Source: Octopus sinensis (taxonomy: Eukaryota). Taken from it: DNA of 64,000 bases. A model generated the notes under the pieces. That model did no database searches. It was not told the origin of the DNA and worked only from the letters and a program-made list of their open reading frames with translations. The DNA lies in assembly GCF_006345805.1 (NCBI RefSeq), contig NW_021832979.1, positions 111 through 64,110 of the forward strand. Reading direction: 5' to 3'. The position numbers and the translations under genes are program-made. Shown in pieces: positions 13,438-25,860 of the stretch (positions are counted from its first letter, which is position 1; every line of letters begins with the position of its first letter).

Positions 13438-13527
13438 TTTTAGCTGATGAGTACGGGACACATTTATATGCTGTAATTTTTACAACTTTTAATAAGCCTG
13501 TCCTTGTATGAAACGATTGTACTAAAA
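13438..13527 (+). ncRNA. Type I hammerhead ribozyme in the 5' pLTR
   Basis: TTTTAG-CTGATGA-GTACGGGAC..(long loop)..GTCCTTGTAT-GAAAC-GATT-GTA^CTAAAA. Stem I is 6 bp, stem II is GTAC/GTAT plus GGAC/GTCC, stem III is minimal and near-palindromic. Predicted cleavage after 13521. Confidence 0.85.
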
Positions 13528-13725
13528 ACCTATCCATTCTTGTTGCTTCTTTCTCGCTTATAATCACCCCACATTACTGTATTGTTAAAACAGTATAGTT
13601 TTTTTTGGTGCATCTAAGTTAGGTACCATATTCAAGTAAATTCATTTAAATTAACTTGAATCTTTATTGCTTTTTGAATATATCCCCATACAGTCTGTAT
13701 GTTTTTCTGGTACTTAATTTCTCAA

Positions 13726-16559
13726 CAAGAATGGAAAAGGTAAACATTGAGTTCTCCCCTAAAGACATCCCCTTACATAGTATAGATGAATATAATTGGC
13801 TTCTCATTCATAGGATTAACGATTTCATTAGAAGAATCAGGTGGAAAACGTACCATTTTGATGTCAAACAGAAGAAGAAACCACAGGAAAAGAATACCGA
13901 AAAGAATTTTGGAAGAATTTTTAAAAGTAGAAATAGCCCATCTCAGAACCCATTCCTGGAGAACTTTGAGAAAGACTTGCTGAATCTTATAGATGATATT
14001 AGCTTCAAGGAACACCCGTTAAGATATAACCCTCACCTTAGACACCTTAGGAACTTTATTCAGTCAACCCGGTGCAAACATGGAATCCTAGTACCAGCAG
14101 ATAAAACGGGTAATATGTATAGAGTTGATTACGATATTTATAGCAAATTAATTAGGAAGGAACTAAACTCCAAATATAAAATTACGACTAAGAACAATTT
14201 GAAAAAAGTAAACATGGAAATGAAAGAGATCATGGAGAAACTAAATTTAACGGATAGAACGGAGCCACTTAAACCGTGTGAGCCCAGGATCAACCTTAAA
14301 GACCACAAAAAGAACTTCTTGGAAAACCCTTCGGTAAGGCTGATCTGTCCAACTAAGTCGGACATTGGCCGACTTAGTAAATCTATCCTGGATAATGTTC
14401 TACCCCAAATAACCCCTCTTCTCCCCTTAAACCTATGGCTAAGTACGGATGAAGTTCTAAAATGGTTTAACTCTCTAACTAATACTAGTAGTCTGTCCTT
14501 TATTCAGTTCGATATTAATAGTTATTACTCTAGCATTTCCCCTATCTTACTGAACAAATCACTAATATTTGCTATGAATCGCTCCCTCATATCTAGAGAA
14601 GAAATCAATATTGTGCTACTAGCTAGGAAGACATTTATAGAATTTGAAGATAAATTATGGACTAGAGCAGATACACCTAATTTTTTTGATATACCAATGG
14701 GTTCCAGTGATTCGGCTGAGGTAACCAACCTAGTAGGCGCATATCTATTAAAATGCATAAGCAAGGATATACCAGAAATACAGGGGGGTCTATATAGGGA
14801 TGATGCTCTATTTATTATCCCTAGTAATAATAAATCTGTTATAGAAAGGATTAGAAAGAAAATTAATAAGTTCTTTAAGGATTTCAACCTCAGTATAACG
14901 TATGAACCGGGCACTAAAATAGTTACTTCCTAGATATTACGCTAGACCTTAACTCCAAGCTACATTACCCATTTAGAAAGGAAGGCGAAATCACGAATTA
15001 CGTAAATAAATTATCAAATCATCCCCCCCCAATATAATAGAATCTTTAGTAAGAAATATTTCATTAAGAATTTCAAAATTATCATCCAATAAGGATATAT
15101 TTAACTCCCATTCTGAGCATTATAATGAGCGTTAACTAAGGCTGGATACAACCAAAAGATTACATTCGTTGATAAGGAGAACTCACGTATTCCTAATATG
15201 AAGTTATCAGTAATCACGTAAGCAGCAATACAGACCAAGCCCGAAATAAAAGTAGAATTAAATTAATGGTAAACGCTAATCTAGCGTACAGGCCCAACAA
15301 TTCAAATAGAAGCATTGACCAGAACATAGGTAACTCGGATAATATTGAAGTAGATAAACCTAAGATGCACACAATAAAAATAAAATAATGGTAATAAATA
15401 CAATAACTCCGGTGAGATGAATAGTAGTAATTCTACGAACCCTAAATTTAATAAAAAGATATATTATGGCTGAATATTCCTTTCAACTGTGCGATACAAT
15501 CGGATATACAGAACAAATTCAAAGTAATTCTGGAAAAAATTTCCCTATCTCTCATAGATATCATAGAATTATATCTAGGAAAACAGTTAGGATTTCTTAT
15601 TCAACCCTCCCAAATATGTCCACTTTAATAGCTAAGATTAATAATAAAAATATTAAACTAGCCAGGAAGATAGAAATAAAATAATAATATCAGCATGAAT
15701 ACCAATAGCAATTATAATAATACTACCAACAATAAACAGCAATAGTAACTATCAAAACATAGGTGAAATTAGTAACCACAGAATGACTAATACATTAACA
15801 TTAATAGTAATAATAACAATGCGATATTAATAGAAGTAATAATTAATAATAGAAATAATAGATATAAGGCTAATGGAGAAAATAAGGAGAATGAAAATAT
15901 CAGTGATATTTATAACAACAATATGCAGTCAGATAAAAAGACTAACATAATAGTAACATCACCAATAATATAAGAAATCATGGTAGGACTTTAGACCTAA
16001 ATGATGAAGCTGAAGGATCAATAAATAATAGCAATACTTTAGATATCAGCACCAACTATAGAAATGATAATCAAAATAATAGGAACCTAAGACATCTACC
16101 CAAGAATAATCCAAAGCCTGAAGTTGTTCCTCCTGTGTGTAAGTGTAGAATAAATCAAAATGCCCGGCACCTGGTCTATGTGGGGAAAATAATGTAATCT
16201 ATAAATGTACCATATCCACGGAGAATAACAAATATCTTTACCTTGGATGTACAATTAATTTTCTAGCCAGAGTTAGAAATCACATCTCGTCTTTTAAATT
16301 AAGTCATAAGCTGGTACCACCACACTTTCAAACAAATCTGGGAACTCAAAAATAATAATAAAAATTATAACCTTAATTGGGAAATAGTTAGGAGAGCAAT
16401 TCCGTATAAAATAGTAGGGTTGGTTGCCAACTATGCTCCATGGAGACGTATGAAATTCTAAAGCATAGAAAACATAGAAACTTATTGAATAACCATATCG
16501 AACTAGGTCAAGTTTGTGTCCACGCTAAATTGAAGACTTTAAATATTTTAAATGATTAG
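13726..16559 (+). pseudogene. Frameshifted PLE polyprotein (reverse transcriptase + thumb + GIY-YIG endonuclease)
   Basis: MEKVNIEFSPKDIP..FIRRIRWKTY..PADKTGNMY..FIQFDINSYYSSI..IPMGSSDSAEVTNLVG..GGLYRDDAL. After a frameshift at ~14925: [17 protein letters not shown]; WLNIPFN..RKTVRISYSTLPNM; CKCR..KCPAPGLCGENNVIYKCTI..YLYLGCT..RVRNHISSFK; CQLCSMETYEIL..LLN..ELGQVCVH..ND* (stop 16557-16559). Multiple frameshifts. Confidence 0.92.
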
Positions 16560-18035
16560 AATATTCGTAACTAGATAGATAGATATAACTTGATTTCTAC
16601 TAGTATAGCACTGCTTTAAGTAGATAACTAAGAGTTCTCACACTACAGTTATCTTTTTCCTTATATCTGCATCAGTTTTTTGAGAACAGGGAAATGAATA
16701 GTACTTATATGCTGCTTAATTGAGGCCTTATTTAATTTCAAACTCATAATTTTTAAATTCTTAATTTTAAATCTTAATTGTAATTTTTAATTTTAATTCC
16801 TAACTTAATCTAATTTAAGTAGCATAACTCTAATAAAATAAAATGAGTTACTATAGCCCCATAATTCTATTTCAAAATTAAATAAATAAGGCTACCCCCT
16901 CGGTGATAATATGATTATCTTCATTATGATAGACAATCCCCTAACACCTTGTAAATGGTCTTCTAAGATTTGACCTGTAGTCCGTCAATGTATGAATAAT
17001 AACGGCAACTCCTTAAGACAATAAAATGAATAATTAAATAAGTAAATCTTAATGACTTTTTGATAGGATTATACTTAGATTTTCCTAATGTATTTTCTTT
17101 TGATTTTAGCATCTGACCCCTAAACCCCTGACTGTGTTATCTCTTTAGATTCTCTTTAAATTCATAGCTGATTTCAACAGCAATAAATTAGCTGTTTTAC
17201 TGGTCAAAGAATAATATTCTCCTCTAGTTCCTAGATGCCTGTAAATTAAAACCAGACTTGCCGTCTACTGATTCTTCTGTATAACTAGAACCCTCTTTTT
17301 TTCTTTTCCTTTTTCTTTTTTCTTTTTCCCTTCTTTCCCTATTTCTTTCTCTTTTCTCTTTTTTCTTTTTCTTTCTTCTTCTTATTCTCTTTTTTTCTTT
17401 TTTCTCTTCTCTTTTAGTCCCCTTCCCCCCTTTTTTTGCTCCCTCCTCCTTATTTTTCCTCTCTTTTCTTCTATTCCCTTCCATTTTCTATTCTTTGCCT
17501 CTCTAGAAAGCCCTTCAGCCTTTAAAGTTAAATAGCTACAGCCTCTTGTAAATAGCAGTAATATGATTAATGTGGCAAATACCTAATCATATAACAAGAA
17601 TTGATACCTACCTCATTGTGTTCAACCATTGATAAATTTATCGCCTGTGAATATGAAATTCCTCTTCATTTCTCTGGAAATTTACATCTACACCATTGGA
17701 AATTGTGCATCTATACAAAGGATTAATTCACCCTCTCTGTAATGCTAATAAGCAGAAATTGAGACCCACCTCGTTGTGATTAACAATGGATAAATTTGTC
17801 TTCTGTGAGTATGTAATCCCTCATCATATCTCTGGAAATTCATATGTGCACTATGGATTAGGTCACCTTCTCTGGGTTGCTATTAGAACTTTTTTAAAAT
17901 TCTGTGATAAGACTGTACATCATCTTTAAAGAACTTTAATGAACTTTGGATATCTGTATATGTTTATGTTTAATTATCTTCATTACTTCATGAGTATAGC
18001 CTTAACCACTAGGATGTCTAGAGAACTCACATGTA

Positions 18036-18125
18036 TTTTAGCTGATGAGTACGGGACACATTATATGCTGTAATTTTTACAACTTTTAATAAAGCCTGTC
18101 CTTGTATGAAACGATTGTACTAAAA
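18036..18125 (+). ncRNA. Type I hammerhead ribozyme in the 3' pLTR
   Basis: Same motif as 13438-13527. Predicted cleavage after 18119. Confidence 0.85.
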
Positions 18126-18189
18126 ACCTATCCATTCTTGTTGCTTCTCTTCTTCTCGCTTATATATATATATATATATATATATATAC

Positions 18190-18470
18190 TCTTTTACTCT
18201 TTTCTTGTTTCAGTCATTTGACTGCGGCCATGCTGGAGCACCGCCTTTAGTCGAGCAATCGACCCGGGACTTATTCTTTGTAAGTCCAGTACTTATCATA
18301 TCGGTCTCTTTTGCGAACCGCTATGTGACAGCAGGGGACAGACACAAACACACACACACACACAACACACATATATTATTTATATATATATACGACAGGC
18401 TTCTTTCAGTTTCCGTCTACCAAATTCCACTCACAAGGCATTGGTCGGCCGGGGTTATAGCAGAAGACAT
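18190..18470 (-). mobile_element. CORE-type SINE family B, 3' portion
   Basis: Reverse complement of the body and tail of 49873-50320. Confidence 0.8.
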
Positions 18471-19045
18471 TATATATATAAATAATATACATACATACAT
18501 ATATTATATGTATATATATACATACACACACACACACCACCACAACACACACATATATTATATATATATATATATAACACATACATACATATATATATAT
18601 ATGTGTGTTTAGCCATATACACCATTCCCACACGACATTTTAATCAGATTAAGTGCCGGATCTAGAAACAAATGTTCTTGCGGTGCAATGTAAACATATG
18701 TGTATATATATAAGTATGTATGTGTATGTTATGTGCATGTGTATATACATACGCACAGACACACACAGATATATACTTGGTTATATATATATATGTGTGT
18801 GTATATATATATATATATATATCCATGTAAGTTGCGCAAGTATGTATACAAACGTAAGGATGTATAACAATCTCTCTCTCTCTACATATATATATATATA
18901 TAAATATATATATACTTATATGTGTTGGCCTGTGTTCATGTGTATGTGTACTTGTGTGTTTGTGTGTGTGTGTGTGTGCGTGTCTGTGAGTGTGATTATA
19001 TATAGAGAGATAGAGATAGATAGATAGATAGATAGATAGAGAGAG

Positions 19046-19081
<36 letters not shown>

Positions 19082-19531
19082 GGAGAGAGACGGAGATAAA
19101 GAGATTTGGAATATATCGTTCAGCCAGACATCAACAGTCTCACATAATTCTCCTTACTAAAATCTTTGTTGTAAAAATACCAAAAATTTTCTAATTGAAA
19201 CAAAAGGAAAACAACAAAGCTATAATTCGAAACTACGAAAGCTTTTTTTTTTTATAGAAGTACGAAACTAAAGAACTAAAAAAAGACATGGCGGATAAGA
19301 ACAAAACACAAAACAATGTTTTCCCATCTGAAAATATTAAAACTTTGGTTTTAATGATATCAACGAAACTAAGTTCATATTAGATTAAATATTTTTGTAC
19401 GAATTTATATGTTTATATAGGTATGAAATGAAATATATATACGCAAACATACACAAACACACACATATATATCACACACACATGCAAATATATATACACA
19501 TACACACACATATAAATATATATGTGTGTAC

Positions 19532-19587
<56 letters not shown>

Positions 19588-19742
19588 ATATACATATACA
19601 TACATATATATATATGTAACTGTATTAAACTAAATACGGTCATATATATATATATATATATATATTATAATGTATGTATGTACGTATATTTTCAGTACAG
19701 ATGTGGCACTCTTTTGACAATAGCAATCAGCATATATTTCTA

Positions 19743-19783
<41 letters not shown>

Positions 19784-20046
19784 GCCTAAGAATGTAATTT
19801 TGAGTATAGTTGTGTGTATGTGGAGAAGATCTCTGGTGCAGATGTCCGTGGTTTACTTTTCACTCATCATACAATCTCATTATAAGTTTCTAATGCTGTT
19901 TCTTTTGGGTTTTTTTTTTTCACTGGGGAAACAAATTTTGATGACGGATAACATTAGGCTCTCATAGTCATTCCATACAAATGAACTGACGATGCAAACA
20001 AAAAACGCAGACATCACCTCACTTATACGCACACACTACAGACACA

Positions 20047-20087
<41 letters not shown>

Positions 20088-20198
20088 AAAGATACACACA
20101 CAGACACACACACATGCATACACACACAAAGTCATTTAATAATACGATCACTCGTATAGATACGCACACATACACATATATACATATATACACACATA

Positions 20199-20238
<40 letters not shown>

Positions 20239-20369
20239 TATATATTTACATATATCCATATAAATTTATGTATATATTATACATACAACAGACAGAGACA
20301 CACACACAGACACATTCACTCAAACACACAAAAACACATACAACACACATCTATATATGTGTGTGTGTG

Positions 20370-20401
<32 letters not shown>

Positions 20402-20402
<1 letters not shown>

Positions 20403-20770
20403 CTCTTTTACGCTTTTACTTGTTTCAGTCATTTGACGGTGGCCATGCTGGAGTACCGCCTTTAGTCGAGCAAATCGACCCCCGGACTTATTCTTTGTAA
20501 GCCTAGTACTTATACTATCGAACTGTTTTGCCGAACCGCTATGTTACGGGGATGTAAACACACCATCATCGATTGTCAAGCGATGTTGGTGGGACAAACA
20601 TAGACACACAAACATATACACACACATACATATATATATATACATATATACGACGGGCTCCTTTCAGTTTCTGTCTACCAAATCCACTCACAAGGCTTTG
20701 GTCGGCCCGAGGCTATCGTAGTGGACTGAACCCGGAACCATGTACTTCTTCAGCAAGCTACTTAACACAC
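20402..20770 (-). mobile_element. CORE-type SINE family B
   Basis: Tail (TACTCTTTTAC..CAGTCATTTGAC), body and part of the head match family B. Confidence 0.8.
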
Positions 20771-21137
20771 ATCCACTTCTAACGACAAAACAAGTAATAA
20801 TACAAGCACTGAGATATATACGCCTGCGTACCAACACAATCTGTATATATATGCATATATCGAAATATATTCTCACATACATTCATATATATATGTATGT
20901 TTATATTCATATGAACCTAAGTGTACCTATCTTCAGGCGCGGATGCAAACACACGATTACAGACGCACGCGCACACACAAAAACTTACCAAGACCCCTAC
21001 CCACACACACACTCGCATATATGTATATGTATATAGACATATGTAATTGCTGAGTCTTAGATGAAATAATGATTAACAGAATCGTACTTTTTAATATATA
21101 TTGCTTTAACCTATTCAGTATATCTATATATCTATAT

Positions 21138-21172
<35 letters not shown>

Positions 21173-21417
21173 CATACATACATATAATATATATATATAT
21201 TATATATATATATATATATATATTTTATATATATATATTTTATTTATAATATATATATATATAATATATATATATAGATAGATAGATAGATAGATAGATA
21301 GAATATATTATATGTATACATATATGTATATATAATATATATATATATAATTTGTGTATATATATATATATGTATAGGTGTATATATATTATATAATATG
21401 TATATATATACGTATAG

Positions 21418-21459
<42 letters not shown>

Positions 21460-21594
21460 ATAATACGTGCATGTATACAAGATGAATCGGGGAAAAATGT
21501 AGTCGTCTTTAATAATCTGAAATTTAATCAGGTAGATTTAACGTCATGATTTGTATAATTTTATATATTCTTCTGTTACATTTCTTATGTTGTT

Positions 21595-21765
21595 TGATGA
21601 TGATGAAGATGATGATGATGATGATGATGATAATGGTGATGATGATGATGATGATGAGGATGATGCTAACCACGGTGATAATGGTGATGGTAATGATTAT
21701 TATTTTGTTGGTAATGATCATCACAATGATGATGATGATGATGGTGATGAAAATTATGAAGATGC
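21595..21765. repeat. (GAT)n trinucleotide tract
   Basis: Directly visible. Confidence 0.9.
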
Positions 21766-21972
21766 TTTTTTTCTTTGCTAATAAGGTTTTTTTTATTATT
21801 GTTGATTGCTTCTTTATCGCTTCTTTTTTTGTTTTGTTTTCTTTTAATTTTTTTTGTTATATGTGTGGACGAGTTCAGAAAGTGTGAAATCTGATTAAAC
21901 TCTAAGGTGTCTACGAATACGCAAATCAACACACACGCACACATACACACACACACACACAAGCAGAGATGC

Positions 21973-22012
<40 letters not shown>

Positions 22013-22146
22013 TCCCCAATAGACACATTATCAAAGAAACGCACAAATAATTACAAATATCAAAATATAATGACACAAAGAAATTTTGTATATGTATATT
22101 TATATGTATGTATATGTATGTATATATATATAATATCATGTATATA

Positions 22147-22186
<40 letters not shown>

Positions 22187-22204
22187 CATGTATTATATAA
22201 TATA

Positions 22205-22551
22205 TGTGGCCCTCCCATTGATAGGGGCAGAAGACGTGCAACCTTTGTGTCTCCGAACTCTTCCATATTTTGTTTGCCAGAGGCGGATGGTAACGGGCTC
22301 TTACAGTCGGCTTTTCGATGCCCCCATTGGCGGCGTTACACTTATCTGGCCTTTAAATAGCGTTTATAAATAATACCGGCACCCATAGCCCTTGTAACAA
22401 ATTCTGAAATAGCCTTTAAGATATCTACGATTAACCACTGCAAGGGGAATTACTCCTGTAAGACAAACGGGGCTTGGTTTTTTCACACAGCGGGGGGTTT
22501 CCTTGACAAGGCAGGCTTAGATGAACACACACACACATAAAACATAATATA

Positions 22552-22582
<31 letters not shown>

Positions 22583-23265
22583 CTTTCTGCAGTAGCCACT
22601 GACAGCCGAACGATCAAACGCACACACGTACACAAAAAATGTTTTTCCTACCCCTACGCCAACACACACATATATAGAACAGTATACTCACACACACGTC
22701 TCTAAGTAGATTTTTTCTCGCCCCTTATAAAACATCCAATATTCCTTAAATAGTCAGAACTTTATTCTCGGTCACAAGAACATCTATACACCCTCACCCA
22801 CATGATTGACCGATGCCTGACCCGTTGAATTCTTCAGCCACCGGTTCTCAACATACACTGATAAACAGTTTCGCCATGGGCTCTTAGGAGCACAGTTCGA
22901 TTTGTTTTTTGCTCCGCCTCTGTTCTGTTTTGTTTTTCCAACGGATTTCCTTTTTTCTTCCTGAAGAGAAAGACCAATATGGTCCCATTATTCAATCGGA
23001 TTTTGTAATTTGTGCCTTTCGAAACACGTGTAGAATGAAATAAAACGATTTCTGTTCAATCTGCGTTCAGCTCCATTTCTTCAATTCACCAATAATGTTT
23101 TAATTTCAATTATCCGCACCAACGCACGGTTGCAACGCCAGATGGTTGTACCTCCAACCGTGCTGTTTACTGCTGTGATTTTTGCTACTAAGGTATCGGT
23201 TAAACTTTTGATTAATCTAACTACAAGATTATTCATCTTTCTATTTCACATATATATATATATAT
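22205..23265 (+). mobile_element. 5'-truncated PLE: GIY-YIG C-terminus, 3' UTR and HHR-bearing terminal region, between (TA)n runs
   Basis: GQKTCNLCVSELFHILFA then (frameshift) ..FRCPHWRRY..* matches the CxxC..E..I..CxH end of the element at 16425-16559. An intact HHR lies downstream. Confidence 0.65.
22954..23040 (+). ncRNA. Type I hammerhead ribozyme with expanded stem II
   Basis: TTTCTTC-CTGAAGA-GAAAG..(~45 nt)..CTTTC-GAAAC-ACGT-GTA^GAATGAAA. Stem II is 5 bp Watson-Crick, stem III is the palindrome ACACGTGT, and stem I has a 1-nt bulge. Confidence 0.8.
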
Positions 23266-23609
23266 ATATATCTATATATATATATACATACATACATGAT
23301 ATACATGATATACCTGATATACATGATATACATACATGATTCTCGGTACGCAGCTGCGCTATTCCCGACACTACGGTGGTGCTTTTACTGTTTAAATATG
23401 TGATTCTTCAAAATCTGAAAACTTTTATGTATATATATGTATATGTACGTACATATACGTACTTACATACATACATACATACATACATAATACATACATA
23501 TATTTATATATGTATATATAAATATATATATATATATGTATGTATATATATGAACATATATGAGAATATTATTGTTTACAACAATATCAAGTGGCTTAAC
23601 ATGCGTACA

Positions 23610-24200
23610 CGAATACCTATTTCTTTACTACCCACAAGGGGCTAAACACAGAGGGGGCAAACAAGGACAGACAAACGGATTAAGAGGATTACATCGACCG
23701 AAGTGCGTAACTGGCACTTAATTTATCGACCCCGAAAGGATGAAAGGCCAAATCGACCTCGGTGAAATTTGAACTCAGAACGTAAAGACAAACGAAATAC
23801 CTATTTCTTTACTACCCACAAGGGGCTAAACACACAGGGGACAAACAAGGACCGACAAACGGATTAAGTCGATTATATCGACCCCAGTGCGTAACTGGTA
23901 CTACTTTTAATCGACCCCGTAAGGATGAAAGACAAAGTCGACCTCGGCGGAATTTGAACTCAGAACGTAGCGGCAGACGAAATACGGCTAAGCATTTCGT
24001 CCGGCTTGCTAGCGTTTCTTATTTCTTGATTGCCCACAAGGGGCTAAACATAGAGGGGACAAACAAGGACAAACAAAGGAGCTAAGTCGATTACATCGCC
24101 CCCTGTACGTAACTGGTACTTTATTTAACCGACCTCGAAATGATGAAAGGCAAAGTCGATCTCGGCGGAATTTGAAATCAGAACGTAAATATAGACGAAA
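23610..24200 (-). mobile_element. SINE family A multimer (three or more ~175-185 bp B-box modules)
   Basis: CCCACAAGGGGCTAAAC..GGATGAAAGGCAAAGTCGACCTCGGCGGAATTTGAACTCAGAACGT repeated three times, with a head segment at ~23975-24018. Confidence 0.85.
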
Positions 24201-24310
24201 CATACTGCAAGCTCACCGCTTTAACATGTTCTGTTAATTGAAATGACTTTGTCTATCTCTTTCTCTCCCAGTATGTGTGTGTTTGTGTGTGTGTGTGTGT
24301 GTGTGCGTGC

Positions 24311-24356
<46 letters not shown>

Positions 24357-25344
24357 ATGCATGTATGGGTAAGCACCAGGTTGCTTATATATATATAAGC
24401 ATGCACATATATATATAAAGGGAATTTGTTTACACTCCGCCTTCCTCAGTTTTATTTCAGGATATTTTACGGATATATTTCACGGAAACAAAGCCCTATG
24501 TTAAATTGCTATGAGATATTTAAAAATTATAAAAATGCAATATATTTTACAACGTACCTCATTATACAACTTAAAGGGAGAAAATAGCAAGAAATTAAAT
24601 AAAAATCGACATGGAATATAATGCAGAGAGGAATCAAATACGATAAGGTGTATGATAGGAAATAAAAACGGTTGAAGAATGTAATAAAAGACGCATAAAT
24701 GGATTGTATACTAGTGCAAGGTTATAAGATATTAATATTTCGATAGAAAGAACAATAATATTGATTTCTGTTATTATGGGTGAGTTTAATATAGATATGC
24801 AATAGGAATAAATACATTATAGCGTTCTACATCAGTAGAAGGTTATAAAATAGTATTAATTTCGATGGAAAAGGGACACACAATCGTAATAATATTGATT
24901 CGTAAGTATTATGGGAGTAAATATAAAACCAGGTTGAAAAAATACTGAAAGAATTCCGCAACAAAATTTGATATTTTGTTTAGAATGATCGTCTTTAGAA
25001 GTGATATATGTGTTAGTAAGGTAATCAATTTGTAATAACATGGTGTATTATCGATTAATTGTTTTATATTTAGAAGCAACGATATACGTCTGGGTTTTGA
25101 AAATATGGATTCTGGTTGCTAAATGTATGTATGTATGTTTGTTATACGGAGATGTATTTATGAAAGGGAAAATAAGATTCTACAAGAATGGAAAATAATG
25201 TTCACTCACTAATCCATCCTATTTTATTTATTAAAAATTTTTTTTTTATTTTATCTAGTTTCAACTCACGAGCTGTGGCCATGCTGGGGCACCGCCATTT
25301 GGTGTTTCTATATGATTTTACTTCACTAATGCTTTTTAGCAATT

Positions 25345-25530
25345 GCCATTTGGTGCATGAGAGAGTTCGATGCAGCTGCCCTCATCTGCACCTCCTGCCA
25401 TGAAGTTGGTTCATCTGGGACACCTGACAGGAAGAGATCCAGTTTTATTTTAAAGACATCTGAATCCACCCCATGCAGGTCTCTCAGGTCCTTCGGGAGG
25501 ATATCTGCCTATTATTCCTTAGACAGTCGT
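25345..25530 (-). mobile_element. 3' end of a CR1/L2-like LINE
   Basis: Minus frame ILPKDLRDLHGVDSDVFKIKLDLFLSGVPDEP..RAAASNSLMHQ resembles the C-terminus of CR1-group ORF2. Confidence 0.55.
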
Positions 25531-25639
25531 TGGAATAGAGTCTTCAGATACCTCCTCCGTAAGTTCCTGTTAAGAGCAACCCCCATTACACATTCTAGCT
25601 GAATACCTGAGCATCATCACCATCTGGTTGACTTTTCTC

Positions 25640-25860
25640 GGACATCTGTAACCCGATCGCTCCGTCATGCATTTGCACAAGGTGGTTTCGAAGGGTATCT
25701 TGTGTCTCTGGTTAGTTGATCTACATATGTTGCTTTCAGACTACCTGGTCGAGTACGGCCATGCTTTAGCATCCATAGCAGTAGGTCACCTTCTTGCTCT
25801 TGTCTCGCTCGCCAGCAATGCCCTACAAAGCGCAAGCGCATTTCTCTTATAACAATGCAA
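25640..25860 (-). mobile_element. 3' end of an RTE-clade LINE ORF
   Basis: Minus frame IREMRLRFVGHCWRAR..DLLLWMLKHGRTRPGSLKATYVDQLTRDT. Confidence 0.65.

Larger units (their letters stand above)
12705..18160 (+). mobile_element. Penelope-like retroelement (Naiad-like), near full length: inverted partial pLTR + pLTR + RT/GIY-YIG ORF + 3' UTR + pLTR, inserted in (TA)n
   Basis: 12705-13092 is the reverse complement of ~13290-13676. 13100-13560 is directly repeated at 17700-18160. RT and GIY-YIG motifs lie between, and (TA)n flanks both ends. Confidence 0.93.

Noticed and set aside
16130-16560. Selenocysteine recoding in the Naiad-like ORF (reported for some Naiads)
   Set aside because: The zinc-ligand positions I could read (CKCR, KCP, LCG, CQLC, CVH) use TGT/TGC, not TGA, and I could not identify a convincing SECIS in the 3' UTR.
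17224-17484. Lys/Arg/Glu-rich minus-strand ORF
   Set aside because: It is the complement of the polypyrimidine tract in the PLE 3' UTR.
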